This document shows positions 1-11,405 of a stretch of 64,000 nt of DNA, one piece after another (the stretch's first letter is position 1; every line of letters starts with the position of its first letter). A model generated the notes under the pieces. It saw only the letters and a list, made by a program, of their open reading frames with translations. It had not been told where the DNA came from and did not search any database. This DNA comes from Perkinsela sp. CCAP 1560/9 (Eukaryota; Protista; Euglenozoa: Kinetoplastea), in contig CBFFSA010000012.1 of NCBI GenBank assembly GCA_965644495.1, positions 186,001 through 250,000 of the forward strand. Direction: 5' to 3'. The translations under genes were made by a program, and so were the position numbers.

Positions 1-1520
1 ATGCAGCAAGATTCGAGGAATACCTCTTTGAGTGCAAAAAATGATACCAACTCTGTAGGCGAATATTTCCGTGTTGCGTTGCCTCTACAACGTTCACCCC
101 AATTAATGGGTCGAGCTCTCGTGCTTACGCCTTTAGCATTAGAGAGCACACAGGCAGCTCGAATGTTTATGTATGGTGAGAATCGCCCCGAGGCCCATAC
201 CAACCTGACACAGAAAGCAGGAAACAACGATACGGAGAGGGGTATGAGCAGTAGTAACCCCTCGTATCGTGGTTCGCCCGTGGAAAGCTATCGCAGGTTG
301 TTTCGAAGAAGATCTACCAGCCGTAGTGCAGGGACTTCCCCTTCGGCGGGTTTGTACGATATTTTAGTTTTACCCTATACTGTTTTGGCCGAGTTGGCAC
401 GTAAGTTTCAAGGAAGCCATAATTTGCATCGCCCGGCTTCCTCATACGGTTCGCGAGGAAATACTCATGCTGGATTTCCTCTTCCCATAGAACAAATGTT
501 GTGTACGCTGCTCCGGCATGCCCCGCAAGTTTGGTGTCTGACGCTTCAGGAGGAGATGATTCTACGATCTGCTTTTCAAGCAGGAGCTCCGCGAACCACG
601 CTGGAAAGCGTGCTGCGAGTGACACAAAGTTTAAGCCGACTCGGCTCGCGCGCAGGGCTGTTTTGCGGTTTTGTACAGGGGAAAAATGTTTCACGTTTGG
701 AAAAGGAATTAAAAACACGTGAATTAAATTGTGATATAGTTTAGTTCCGATCAATGATTATATCTTTCGCGGGTCCGGACCTGGGTCCAAAGACCCGCAC
801 GAACCCGCCTTGCGAAACAAATTGTGATCTACCATGCAAATTTTCATTGCTAAGGAAAGGACATGAAGTACATTTCCGTTTTGTTTAAAGGGCAGTTATA
901 CTCTCCATCTCCTAATCAATATCTTATCCTTTAGCAAATACAGTAAAATGACTCTTGACTCAACAGATCCAAAGCGCGAAATTCTCCCACAAAGAACATT
1001 CGTGCGCTCGTCTCAACATTTAATGACGGAAAAATTCTGAAATTCAATCACTTCAAACGACTTTCAAAGAATGCAACCACTTCACGATCATCTTGGCGGA
1101 AGCGTCGTGCGTTGCGCTTAGATGTACCAACGTCGAAGGAACGGCGTAAGTTGGTGTGCAGATCGGTCAGATCTCTAGTCCGCAGGATATCGATAAAGAT
1201 AGAATACGTCGAGAGTTCTAGTGGCTCGAAAATACTCACCGCTACGGGCTGGGAGTGTTCCACTTGTGGGTGTTGGAAGCATGCGTTAATAATTCGAATG
1301 TACTTACTAGCCCCCCTATTTAGTAGGGCACCGGTTTTGGTGGAAATGCCCTAATAAGGGGGGGGGGGGGAGTAATTAAGGAGATTAATATAAAATAACG
1401 CACACGAACTTACTTATTGAAACGAACGTATAAAAACAAACATATAGAAACATCGTAGGTCGAAGTCTACATCAAAATCGGATAGCGCACTCGAATTTAT
1501 AACGATACATACATGTATTA

Positions 1521-2018
1521 CTCCCCCCTTCACAATTCTTTATAGGGTCGAGCCCAAAATGATTCATGGTTTTATATAAATTTATATAAATCTTTGAAAC
1601 GCCTGAAAAACGCTAAAAGAGCAGGGTAAAAAACGGAGCGTATTTCTCATTCTCATTAGCGTATCAAATGCATATCTTAAATTTTCTTTTTTAGACATTA
1701 CGCAGTCTAATAGTTTTAGAAACTTTTTTTCGGTTCTTTGCTTCGGTCCTCTTGTTTTATCAAATTCATCAATGTGGTCAAATGTGTGTGACTTTACATA
1801 TCAAATTCGGTCACCTATTCATACAAACACCCCATGAAAGCGCATAAGAACTAGTAGAACTAATGATCATAATTTATATAAATATTTTTATAAGTAAATC
1901 CATCTCGGTACCAAACACTTATAAAGCTTTATATAATAAAGCTTTAAAATAAAATTTATAAATATAAATCGCCGAAACACTTACAGTTTATATTTATAAA
2001 GAATTATGAAAGGGGGAG
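1521..2018. mobile_element. AT-rich MITE nested in the pogo-like element
   Basis: TIRs CTCCCCCCTTCACAATTCTTTATA / TATAAAGAATTATGAAAGGGGGAG with TA on both sides. Confidence 0.75.
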
Positions 2019-2165
2019 TAGTAGTTATAGTATCTTATAACACACATAAAACATTGTAGGTCGTCGTCGTTGTTCTCAAAATAAGGTAACGCACACAAAC
2101 TTATAACGCGCACGAATTAAGCTAAAGTAAAGTGTATTAAATTCAGTAACTCAAAATTTCAGGAA

Positions 2166-4219
2166 TTAAATTTCTGCTGGGTTCGGGTGGTAGATAGGAG
2201 GACTCGGCGACCACTCTTGGCTCAATGAGGCGCGTACCAGAACATCTTCACATTGTACATTGAAAAGAGATCGGTACAAGTTGTTTACCACGTTGATGGC
2301 ACATGTGTTTTCACCCGGACGCTGCTGTGGACAATCAACGTAAAGAGTTTCATAGAATCCTGTCTGAACTCCAATTGCATCGGAAAGACGTTCTTTAAAT
2401 CTTGACATATTGTCCAATGCCGCCTCAGGTGCGTATCCTTGCAAACTATCGTACACGAATATTTTATTTTATTTTACGTAAAGAAGAACGTAATGATAGG
2501 CGTAGTACAAAGTACAAAAAACTCTTGTGCTTGCTTTCATTTCTCCGGGATAAGAACCCTTCGCAAGAAACGATATTGAATCGTATATGTTGAAGAAAAC
2601 GACATCCTTGTCTGCGTCACTAACGCGATATAACTGAAGAACTTTCTTGCATAATTCTCCAAGTGCTGTCGCTGTAATTAAAGCCCCTTTACGATGCATC
2701 GACTTCCATCCTTTTTCCGAAATAAAGACAGATCCTGAGCAAGATGTGCATACATGTAAATCGATGTGCATACGATGTAAATCCTCCTCCTCATCGCTGA
2801 CTGTAACAGGCTTTGGAAGTGACAATGTTTTTGAGGTTGCATGCGCCATTGCTATACTGGTAATCGGTTTACCATGTAACAGAAGTTTCTTTGCCAAAGG
2901 CGGAGGAATAGGAATCTTAACGGACCGAGTAATCGGTGGAGTCGGAGGTATAATATTCGGGGTGCTGACAGGCAGTTTTTTTGCTAAAGCTGGAGGTATC
3001 GGAATCTTAGTGGCCCGAGAAATCGGTGGCACCGGAGTTTTAATATGTGGAGTGCTCACAGGTAAAGGGTTTTCTATTAAAGAAGGATTGTCTTGTGCTC
3101 GAAGCATTCTCATGACTTGCTTTTTACCAGTGATACTTTCTTTCTTCTTCTTCTGAGGTGGTACATCACGAGCTACTTTCCAATCCCAAGGGTAAGTGGT
3201 CAACGGTTCGAGGATGTACTTCTTTGCAAATTTCAATATTCGTGCTTGATGCTTGCTCCACACACTGTCGTGTGCAGCCTTCGTAATACGAATATTTCGT
3301 TCTCTCACCACTTTACCCTCTGATTTCGAGTCAAACCTCCATTTTTCAAGTTCTTTCTCATAACTCAGCTTAAAAAGGTGGTTCACAATGCGATCATGAA
3401 CTTGAATTGCATAGGTACAACCACCAGGTATCCGATGGTAATCACAATTTTCTGGTACATCATGAGTACGATGCGTCGTGTGATCATCAACAATGATTGC
3501 TGTTGGGAGTTTCGAATCGTTGAGCAACTGAGCATAGTGTTTCATGAGATGAACAAAAATATCGCCTTTCATCCATCCACTTTGTGAAACGCGTACAAGG
3601 ATGGAGTTTTGCAGTGACTTTGCAACGTCTGTCGTCTCCTTTAAGATTCTCGAATCTGCAGTATCCTTGGAGCTCGATTCAAAAATGATACATGGGGGAA
3701 GAGGATACACCTCCTTCTCCTTGGCGGAAAATAAGGCGGCAAGAAAAATAGTCACTGTTTGCTTTTCGTTCGTACGAACGACTTTGACTGAAGTCACGCT
3801 CACTGGCGCCAAAAAGTTTTCCCCTTCAGTTCGCCGTCGACGCTAACGCTTGTTTCATCTCCGAAAATAACGTAGCTGTACTGTCGAACATCGTGCTGCG
3901 AGTACAGATGATGCGACCATCGTCTTATGCGTTGATCAATATCTGACGGTGTGATCGCTTGAGTTTTTCCAAACGTTCGCCAAGTCCATCCAAACACGTA
4001 ACGAAAGTGTTTATACGCTCTTTCTTTCGCCTTTTCACTCAGTCCTTCCCAAAATGCTCCATGTTCACTCAGCAACTGGAGCACCCTATCACGAGTGATA
4101 GGGCTATGACCATTCAACAAACTGAGAAGGGTTTCATGAACCTTTGTCATAGAATCTTGTCGCGAGCTATTGAAAGCTCGCTCACGCAATAAAGCTCGCT
4201 CACGCAAAAAAAAGGTCAA
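2166..4219 (-). pseudogene. pogo-family (DDE_1) transposase-Ulp1 protease fusion, disrupted
   Basis: Motifs FGDET, SQSGWM, IIVDDHTTH, IPGGCT-QVHD; frameshift near 3805; in-frame TAA at 2469-2471 joins HYVLLYVK*NKIFVYDSL to CPQQRPGENTCA. Confidence 0.75.
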
Positions 4220-4298
4220 AAATGTTTGACCTTTTAGACAAAATAGACCTATTAAAGGGGGGCACGCGTAGCCCTATTAAATAGGGGGGGATAGTATA

Positions 4299-5026
4299 CA
4301 GGGGTGGGCACGAAAATGTGGGGGAGTCAAAATTCGTATCACTTGGCCAACTTTGGTAAATAGCACCTCATTCGAGAGCTCTCACAGAGTTACTTGTCAT
4401 GTGATAATGCGTTTCCCGTATCCAGGGGGGTAGGTCCCTATGCCAAAGGGGACAAAAGTGACGACTGCAACTTCAAAAAATTTAAAAACGGAATAATATC
4501 CGTCAAGATCCTCATTTTTTTCAAGTACAATCATAATTCGCCTAGGCATGCTCCGTAAAGCACTTAAGAACACGCCATGTTGTTCTCCTTTTAATAATTC
4601 AAGGTCTGAATGTAGTGCAACATGTAATTCCCACCGATTTTCTCGGGACAACCTGCTTGGCGTGCGGCGGCGGAAAAAGAATCAGTTTTCCCATATTTCT
4701 TTACTTGGAAGATACTATGAGAGGCTTTTATTTGTCCACAAGAGCTGTAACATCCCATGTCACGTTTCTGTATGCTCTTTTCTGTCCCATCGAATAAAAA
4801 GGGGGAGGGAAAGAAGAAGAAAAAGCGAAAAAGTGGCCTAACTGCAGAATTTTGCACTTTGAAAAATCAAGATTTTTTGTAATTTTTTTAAAACTTTAAA
4901 AATGCGGGAAACGCACTATCACATGACACGTAACTCTTCGAGAGCTCTCGAATGCGGTGCTACTTTCCAAAATTGTCCAAGCTATAGAAATTTTGACCCC
5001 CCCCCACATTTTCGTGCCCACCCCTC
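4299..5026. mobile_element. Tc1-type MITE with ~140-bp TIRs
   Basis: CAGGGGTGGGCACGAAAATGTGGGGG ... CCCCCACATTTTCGTGCCCACCCCTC, TA flanks, no transposase. Confidence 0.8.
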
Positions 5027-5079
5027 TATGTTATATGCGAATTAAGTTATAGTGGAAACTATAGTATTACAGGAACATA

Positions 5080-5843
5080 CAGGGGGTGGCACTTGCACCT
5101 GGGGGGGTCTAAAATTTGAAACACTATCCAATTTTGGAAAATAATAGCGCATTCGAGAGCTCTCTCAGAGTTACATGTCTTAGTACAAAACACTATTAGA
5201 ACACGGGGTAGAAATCGTCAGATGGCTCCCAAATGAGATTTGTCACTTACAAATTTTAATTAATTTTATTCAATTAACCTTAAAAAAAGCCCACTAATAC
5301 CCATAGTGCTTGCCATTTCTCTGGACAACAATGGAACAACGCTTTCGAAAGCTACGAAGCGTGTTTAGGCAATCAGTCTTTTGCTCGTTTTCCAATTTAC
5401 GAAACGCAACGTGGATGGCATCGAGCAATTGAATTCGATTTCGAGGGTGAATGTTGTCCTTTGTCGCATCCATAATGGACCAAAGGTTCTCAATCGGATT
5501 TAGATCCGGGGACTTCGCTGGCCATTGCAACCAGGTATACCCTTTCTCTTGGGCTTTGGCACGTGCCTTGTTATGAACAGGGGCGTTGTCCATCGCTTCA
5601 TACGCGCGGTGCCTCCGCAAGTACTGAAAGAAACCTCCCCTGTTTTGCATGGCATCAAGGAAGGCATCACCGTTGACAGTGAACTTCGGGCCATCTGGAT
5701 GATGAGAGGGGAAAACGTAAAAGGAGAATCCGTGTTTCAGGCTTACCCCCATTCAAACCATGATACCCTCCAGTAAGTTGGCTTCGCCGATGCCTTGCAA
5801 CAAAATTTTTTAGACCCCCCCCAGGTTCAAGTTCCACCCACTG
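5080..5843 (-). mobile_element. Internally deleted Tc1-like element carrying the transposase C-terminal half (5294-5752)
   Basis: TIRs CAGGGGGTGGCACTTGCACCTGGGGGGGTCTAAAA / TTTTAGACCCCCCCAGGTTCAAGTTCCACCCACTG; ORF has MDNAPVH and WPAKSPDLNPIENLW. Confidence 0.85.
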
Positions 5844-6358
5844 TATCCAAAACAAAAACAATTTCATCGCATAAGGCTAATAGCGTAAGGCCAATAGCGC
5901 AAGGCTTTGCTCCTTTTGGATGCAGGATTTTGCATTTTAACGTTATGTGCGCTCAGTAAATTTGTGCGTAGTGCCCATCGAATACGATACCACAGTGATT
6001 GCACACGGCATGTCGACGCTTATTTCCGCCATACTTGAGAAACATTTGTTTCTCAAATTCGGCTTTTGATGTGCGTCGTATTCGCGCTGACAAACTTTTG
6101 TAGGACACGCGCTCGTGTTGGAGAATGCACGCATTTTTAATTAAAGTGATTCCAAAGCTCTCAATGTTTCCCGGGGTCTTCACTTCTACTATACGGCGTT
6201 TGCAGCAAGCGTGTTTATATGTCTTTTCCCTCCTTTTGATGTACTTCTTAGGTCTTCGAGCATGTACTTCGAACGTTTTTTTCCCGTAATTTGGAAAACA
6301 TATCGAATACTAACCTCATTCTGGTATTAAAAAGTCTCATAAAATACTAAGCATTGTT

Positions 6359-6976
6359 ATGCCTCCACTACTTACACTCCATTCATCGGACACACAACCG
6401 ACTGTACGTCCGGGTAAGGTTACCGGAGCTTCACTACCAGTGGAATATAATTTAATACGACTCATACAAAATGTGGAAAACCATCCCTCTACCTGGAGTA
6501 CGAATACACCAGCGTGTGAATGGGCTTATACGGTATGCGATCTATTTGGTACTATTATCACTCTGCGCTGGTCGTGTTTAAAACTTCGTGGTGAACTGAA
6601 TGTGAAATATTTGCCCAGGACATTGGTGACCCTACATCTTCATAAAAATGAACTTTCGGGAAATTTTTCTTTCGAAGCATTGCCTCCAACATTGCAAACG
6701 ATTGCTTTATTTAACAACCAATTTACGGGCACCCCGAACCTGTGTAATCTCCCGCCCATGCTAGAATACTTGTCAATCAGTAACAACAGATTTGAAGGCT
6801 ATGCAGATTTTTCTTCTCTCCCGCTAACCTTGAGGGAATTATATTTGAATTTTAACGAAAATTTGGAAGGTTACTTGGACGTAGATGGCGCACTGAAGAA
6901 TTTGTACTACAATGTTGAAGACACAAGAATATCAGCGAGTAATGGAGTAATCAAAAAGAAAATGGAGTTCTTTTAA
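6359..6976 (+). CDS. Leucine-rich repeat protein (plant/protist-type LRR with Cys cap)
   Basis: W-x3-TPACEW cap followed by LP-x2-L-x2-L-x-L-x2-N-x-F-x-G repeats. Confidence 0.85.
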   Translation: MPPLLTLHSSDTQPTVRPGKVTGASLPVEYNLIRLIQNVENHPSTWSTNTPACEWAYTVCDLFGTIITLRWSCLKLRGELNVKYLPRTLVTLHLHKNELSGNFSFEALPPTLQTIALFNNQFTGTPNLCNLPPMLEYLSISNNRFEGYADFSSLPLTLRELYLNFNENLEGYLDVDGALKNLYYNVEDTRISASNGVIKKKMEFF

Positions 6977-7348
6977 CAAAAGTTGAGAAAAAATCCCAAA
7001 CTATTCATAAAAAAGTGCAAAACATCGTGAAAAAACATGTAAAATCCCTAACTTGCGCATCATTAATAATTATATTACAATTTGTATTTCTCTCTCGTAT
7101 CTGAAATATTTTTCTCTGGTTTTTATAAACCAACGTTAGCAAGGCTAATTTAGAGCTTCGCCTTATTGTATTCTATTTGAATATGTAATAGTAATCGGCT
7201 CGTATATAATATCAGGCAGTATTCCGGCAAAAATGTACCCTAAAATTCAAAAACTGTTAATTTTTTGTCATTTATTTTTTTATTCATTTTTGAAGAAAAT
7301 ATTTAGCTTCAACATTTCTAAAACACATTTGAACACATTTCTAGAACA

Positions 7349-7801
7349 ATGGGCAGCTACAACGTTCACAAATGTCGTGCATGCATTGTTTCACAACACT
7401 TTAGAGTATCTATTGAAAGTTCGGTGAATACACAAGTCATTGAGTTGTCTGCTGGGAGCCGGGCCGTGGCGCGCACTGATTGCTGGCGAGCGAGTCGCTC
7501 CCTGGGAAACGACTTGCGGCATGAGACAGTAAATCATCGACGATTTTGGGTGGACCCCAACACTGGTGTACACACCAACACTGTTGAACGCATGAACGGG
7601 ATGCTCAAGAAAGAAGTGCGTTCCCGTGGGAATGGGACCCTTGGGTGCATTGATGAAGAAAGGGAAGATCGGATAAAGTTCAGCGGAGAAGTTGTGAATG
7701 GTCGTCTGAAGATTGGAAATAGCGAGGGGCACCCATTAAGACGACTGTGTGAAGACCTCAAATTAGTTTGCAGACTCGTCTTTCTGGAAGCGAAACCATA
7801 A
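7349..7801 (+). pseudogene. Merlin/IS1595 (ISXO2-like) transposase fragment
   Basis: HETVNH-x2-FWVDPNTGVHTNTVER matches the Merlin/IS1595 C-terminal signature. Confidence 0.75.
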
Positions 7802-8394
7802 GAAATAAGTAGTAGCGGTCGAAAAATTGAAAATTAAAAAAACTTTACTTTTTTTTAAAAAAAGGTGCAATAATGCTTCACTTTGACCGAAAGTTCCCCT
7901 GTAGTGAAACCCCTGTAGTAAACAACAACAACAGAAAATTATTTATATATTTTCTTATATAGGACGCTAATCCAATATTTCCATAGTCAAAAGTTTTGGT
8001 GGCTGTAAAAGATTTTTCCCGTTCGTTAGTAGGGTGGCAATAGTATTAGCAGATGTTATAGTAATAAATTCAATGGTTGTTTCTCTGGGTACGTGCAGAA
8101 AAATTTACATGACATGATTTATGATATTACCTTTCAAATTAGTTTAATATAGCGCGAAAGTCGTGATTCTACAGATCATTTAGAAGAGATATTCAACTCG
8201 TTTACTACTCTACTAGACGTCTTTATGAGATCGCGCTGATTATAAATAATTTTATTTATTCTCCATTTTCCATTTATGTCAATGCGATATCGGTAAATGT
8301 TCCTCTCCATCCACCCTCCCCGCCGCCCACCACCATCAAACCACATAATTGCTCGGAATTAAGCCCAGCGTTGTTACAAATTAACATAAAAAAA

Positions 8395-8480
8395 TGGGTT
8401 CGTGGGTCCGAGGACCCGGGTCCGGACCCGTAGGGACCCGTCCCTATGGACCTACTTGGGTCCGGACCCGACGGACCCAG
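8395..8480. repeat. GGACCCG/CGGGTCC short-repeat cluster, inverted relative to a similar cluster at 769-808 (hAT-like subterminal repeats)
   Basis: Reverse complement of 8396-8430 aligns with CGGGTCCGGACCTGGGTCCAAAGACCCGCACGAACCCG at 769. Confidence 0.5.
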
Positions 8481-8487
8481 AAAGGTA

Positions 8488-9318
8488 CTGTGCCGCCTCC
8501 ACTTATTTGTCACCACTTTCTCAAAAAAAGGACAATTAAGTGGGGGGGTCAATTTATTTGGTTAGATGAAACAAAGGTCCCAAACTTTTTTCATTATTTT
8601 AGAAATTTCCAAAACGTTCGGATAAAGTTGGCTTTACAGAAACAGTATCTTTATTGTATGAGTAGTTTTTCTGCCTTTCTCGTACTAGTAAAGTTTATTG
8701 CGGTGGTTGTATAACTACCGCTCTACCCTCGATTATTGAAAAAAAAGTGAACAAAAATAGTGAAAATATAAAGAGAAGTACACAGTAAACCTCCCGCACA
8801 CTTATTATTCCGTTTTTCTTATTATTTCACCTTTGAGAATTTTTACGAAAAATTATCCCTGTTCATGAAAAAAAGTTCTGAGATTCCTGGATTTGAGGAA
8901 AAATTGTTTTATCTCGAAATAGAGAAGCTTCGCCAGGAGCGTCGTGAATGGGGGGTCGGGATTATTGAAAGCAACTCGAATTCTTTCAATGAAGAATCCT
9001 TGAACGATAGCTCTTCTGAAGACTCCGGTTCTGCGAGCAACAGTTCTGATTCGGATGATGAAAATGAAGGAATGGTCCCTTTGAAAGGCCCTCTTCGAGC
9101 AAAAGTTGAACTGAATTGCAGAGCCACGTCCGGGAGACGCCGAAACACACGCCGCGATATTCCTTTGGCCATAAAACAGCGCAGGTTGGTAAGGAAAAAT
9201 TGCCCCCCCCCCCTAAAAATACTTCCGGCGCCGCTTCGCGGCGCCTCCTGCCCAGTCTCGTCAAAAAGGACAATTAAGTGGGGGAGTGGGACTACGACAA
9301 ATAAGTGGGGGGGCACAG
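8488..9318 (+). mobile_element. pogo-like non-autonomous element with internal acidic ORF remnant
   Basis: TIRs CTGTGCCGCCTCCACTTATTTGTC / GACAAATAAGTGGGGGGGCACAG; internal repeat AAAAGGACAATTAAGTGGGGG near both ends. Confidence 0.7.
8697..8787. repeat. ~90-bp dispersed repeat (other copies ~12981-13055 inverted, ~32180-32269 inverted, ~49283-49357)
   Basis: ATTGCGGTGGTTGTATAACTACCGCTCTACCCTCGATTATTGAAAAAAAAGTGAACAAAAA recurs four times. Confidence 0.8.
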
Positions 9319-10584
9319 TGTGTTATAATTACTGTCCCCCCTACTTATGCGCAACCGTTTGACCCACTTAAGCGCAATTTTGACGCATCGTTCAGAAGAA
9401 CAACGCCGCAAAGCAGCGCGTTTTTTTTTTTGGTACGAATTTTTGTACAGATTTTCGCCGCTGTTGAAATGAAGAGTCTGCAGGTAGTCCCTTTGGGCGT
9501 TCAAGAATTATCTTCATCGATCTCTAGAGATCTCCTCTGATCCACACTGTTTCTTTTTCAAAATAATGAAGTAATTTTAGTACTCATTATTGAGTTGCCG
9601 CGGGTGGGTGTGTGCCGAAACCCGCTGTTTGCAAATCAAACAGAGAACCCGTTTAGTACTAGAAGTACAAGGGAATTTTTGATTTATAAGGATGAACGTT
9701 TGGCGACGGGCATTGTACATTCATATTTTTTAACTAGTTTCCATATTGGCGCAAAGTAGAGTAAGAAGAAGTATCGAAGATTAAAAGGAATACGATCAGT
9801 GACAACAATCATATTCTTTGAAATCGTTTTGTATGTAACTCTTGAAGTATGCCACAGGAAGTATTATTGTGTCAATCAATCTTACATAGATGGGCATGCG
9901 AAATCATGGGCCAGAGCCAGCGTGTGCCAAAGGAAGAAGGTAATATTTTCGGGGAGGGGGGTATTTTGCGGGGAGGGGGAGGTTTGTGTTGATGCATGAG
10001 CCGTGGGTGGTTCCGTCGAACACCCTGACGTCCATGCGAGGGAACTCGTAGAGTTCCGGAGGGGAGGGGAGGGGAGGGGAGGTGTCCCCGGTGGGCCGTG
10101 CGCTCCCCCCGACTGGTGGCGAAGTCGAGGAGCGTCTGCCATAGGGGGCGGCGTAGAGTCTACGTCAGTGTGCCCACTCACCGGGGTTGTTGGGGTCCTG
10201 TTTAGTAAGGCGAAGCGCCGGAGTTCACGGAGCCACGCGTTGTGTAGTTCGGAGGCTGAGGCCCACTGGAGGTCCGTGATATCTGATGCCCCTCGCCGGT
10301 GTTCCTTGAGAAGGTGGGCGGCGGTCGCGGGGACAGCGGCCTGCTCGTGGACGAGCTTATGCTCCGCCAACTTCCGCTGATCGAGGAAGACAACAAGTGT
10401 GACAAAGATGTGCGTGATACTCGACCAGTTTGCGCTTTATTAAATAAAAATGGTAAAAATATTAGTCGGCAGTGTACTATCTTCTATTACCGTCAAAGTA
10501 CTTATTAACGGAATAAATATCATTCGAATAAACTTACTGTGCTGCCCCCACTTATAGTACCGCGGTGTACTCCCCCTCCCCCAC

Positions 10585-11175
10585 TTACTGTATAGTGCCG
10601 CTTTGTAAATTTCTAATATTTTCATTTATTGAAATCATTGAAACTTTATCATGAGTTCCCTTCATCCTTTCGATGGACACTGCAAGTTTACCCTCTTTGT
10701 GGATGGCAAAAAATGGCACAGGATGACACGGCGAGTCTAGTTTTAGGAATCTTCCTCCTACTAGACGCCTCAGAAGTGCTACGTGATTCACTGCACACCC
10801 ATCTACCACCAGATACGCTAGTTTGGAAAAACGTGCTCCTTGCAGACACCTCTTTGGTTCTCTGACTACAATTTCGGCAGTATCTTTACAGCTGAAAGAT
10901 CCAAACTTTGGGTGGTACATTGGTGGCATTAGCCATTTATGGGGGCCTATATACAAGACTGCAATAAGAACATGCTCATGATGCAATCGAATGATTCCCG
11001 CATCAATGGCCATACCGGAAAGATCGTATTCATCGACAGAACTACGAATACCACCCAAAACATGCTCTTTCAATCTGTGCGTGTCGCAATAGAGAGTACG
11101 GACATGTTTTGGAAGTACATTACCAACATCCTCCGATGGCACCTGAGCTCTGAATGATTCATATTTTTTTAGCAA
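10585..11175 (-). pseudogene. Probable hAT-like transposase central fragment
   Basis: MAIDAG and LVVDGCAVN resemble the first two catalytic Asp motifs of hAT transposases; hAT dimerisation fragments occur elsewhere in the window. Confidence 0.45.
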
Positions 11176-11405
11176 GGCCAGTGACGAGGATAGTGATCCA
11201 GACTTTGTGCAAAGGAGTTGGGGAACTATCTCGTGGCATAACCAACCCCACGTTACAGTTAATTTGATAGAGAGATCCTTATGTGGTAATGCACGGTGTT
11301 CACATACACGTGCATGAGCAGAAAGAGCGGACTGTGAAAATATTCCGTTAACTATTATTATTGTTAATAAGCACTTTGACTGTAAATTATAAATTTATTA
11401 CTATA

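Larger units (their letters stand above)
1307..4294 (-). mobile_element. pogo/Tigger-like DNA transposon (defective), transposase with C-terminal Ulp1-like domain
   Basis: TIRs CTAGCCCCCCTATTTAGTAGGGC (1307) and GCCCTATTAAATAGGGGGGGATAG (ends 4294), each flanked by TA; contains DDE_1-type transposase ORFs. Confidence 0.8.

Noticed and set aside
1-754. Overlapping ORFs at the window start
   Set aside because: No recognisable motif on either strand; possibly decayed element DNA
5953-6183. BED zinc-finger fragment (AVCNHC)
   Set aside because: Short and incomplete, with no supporting termini
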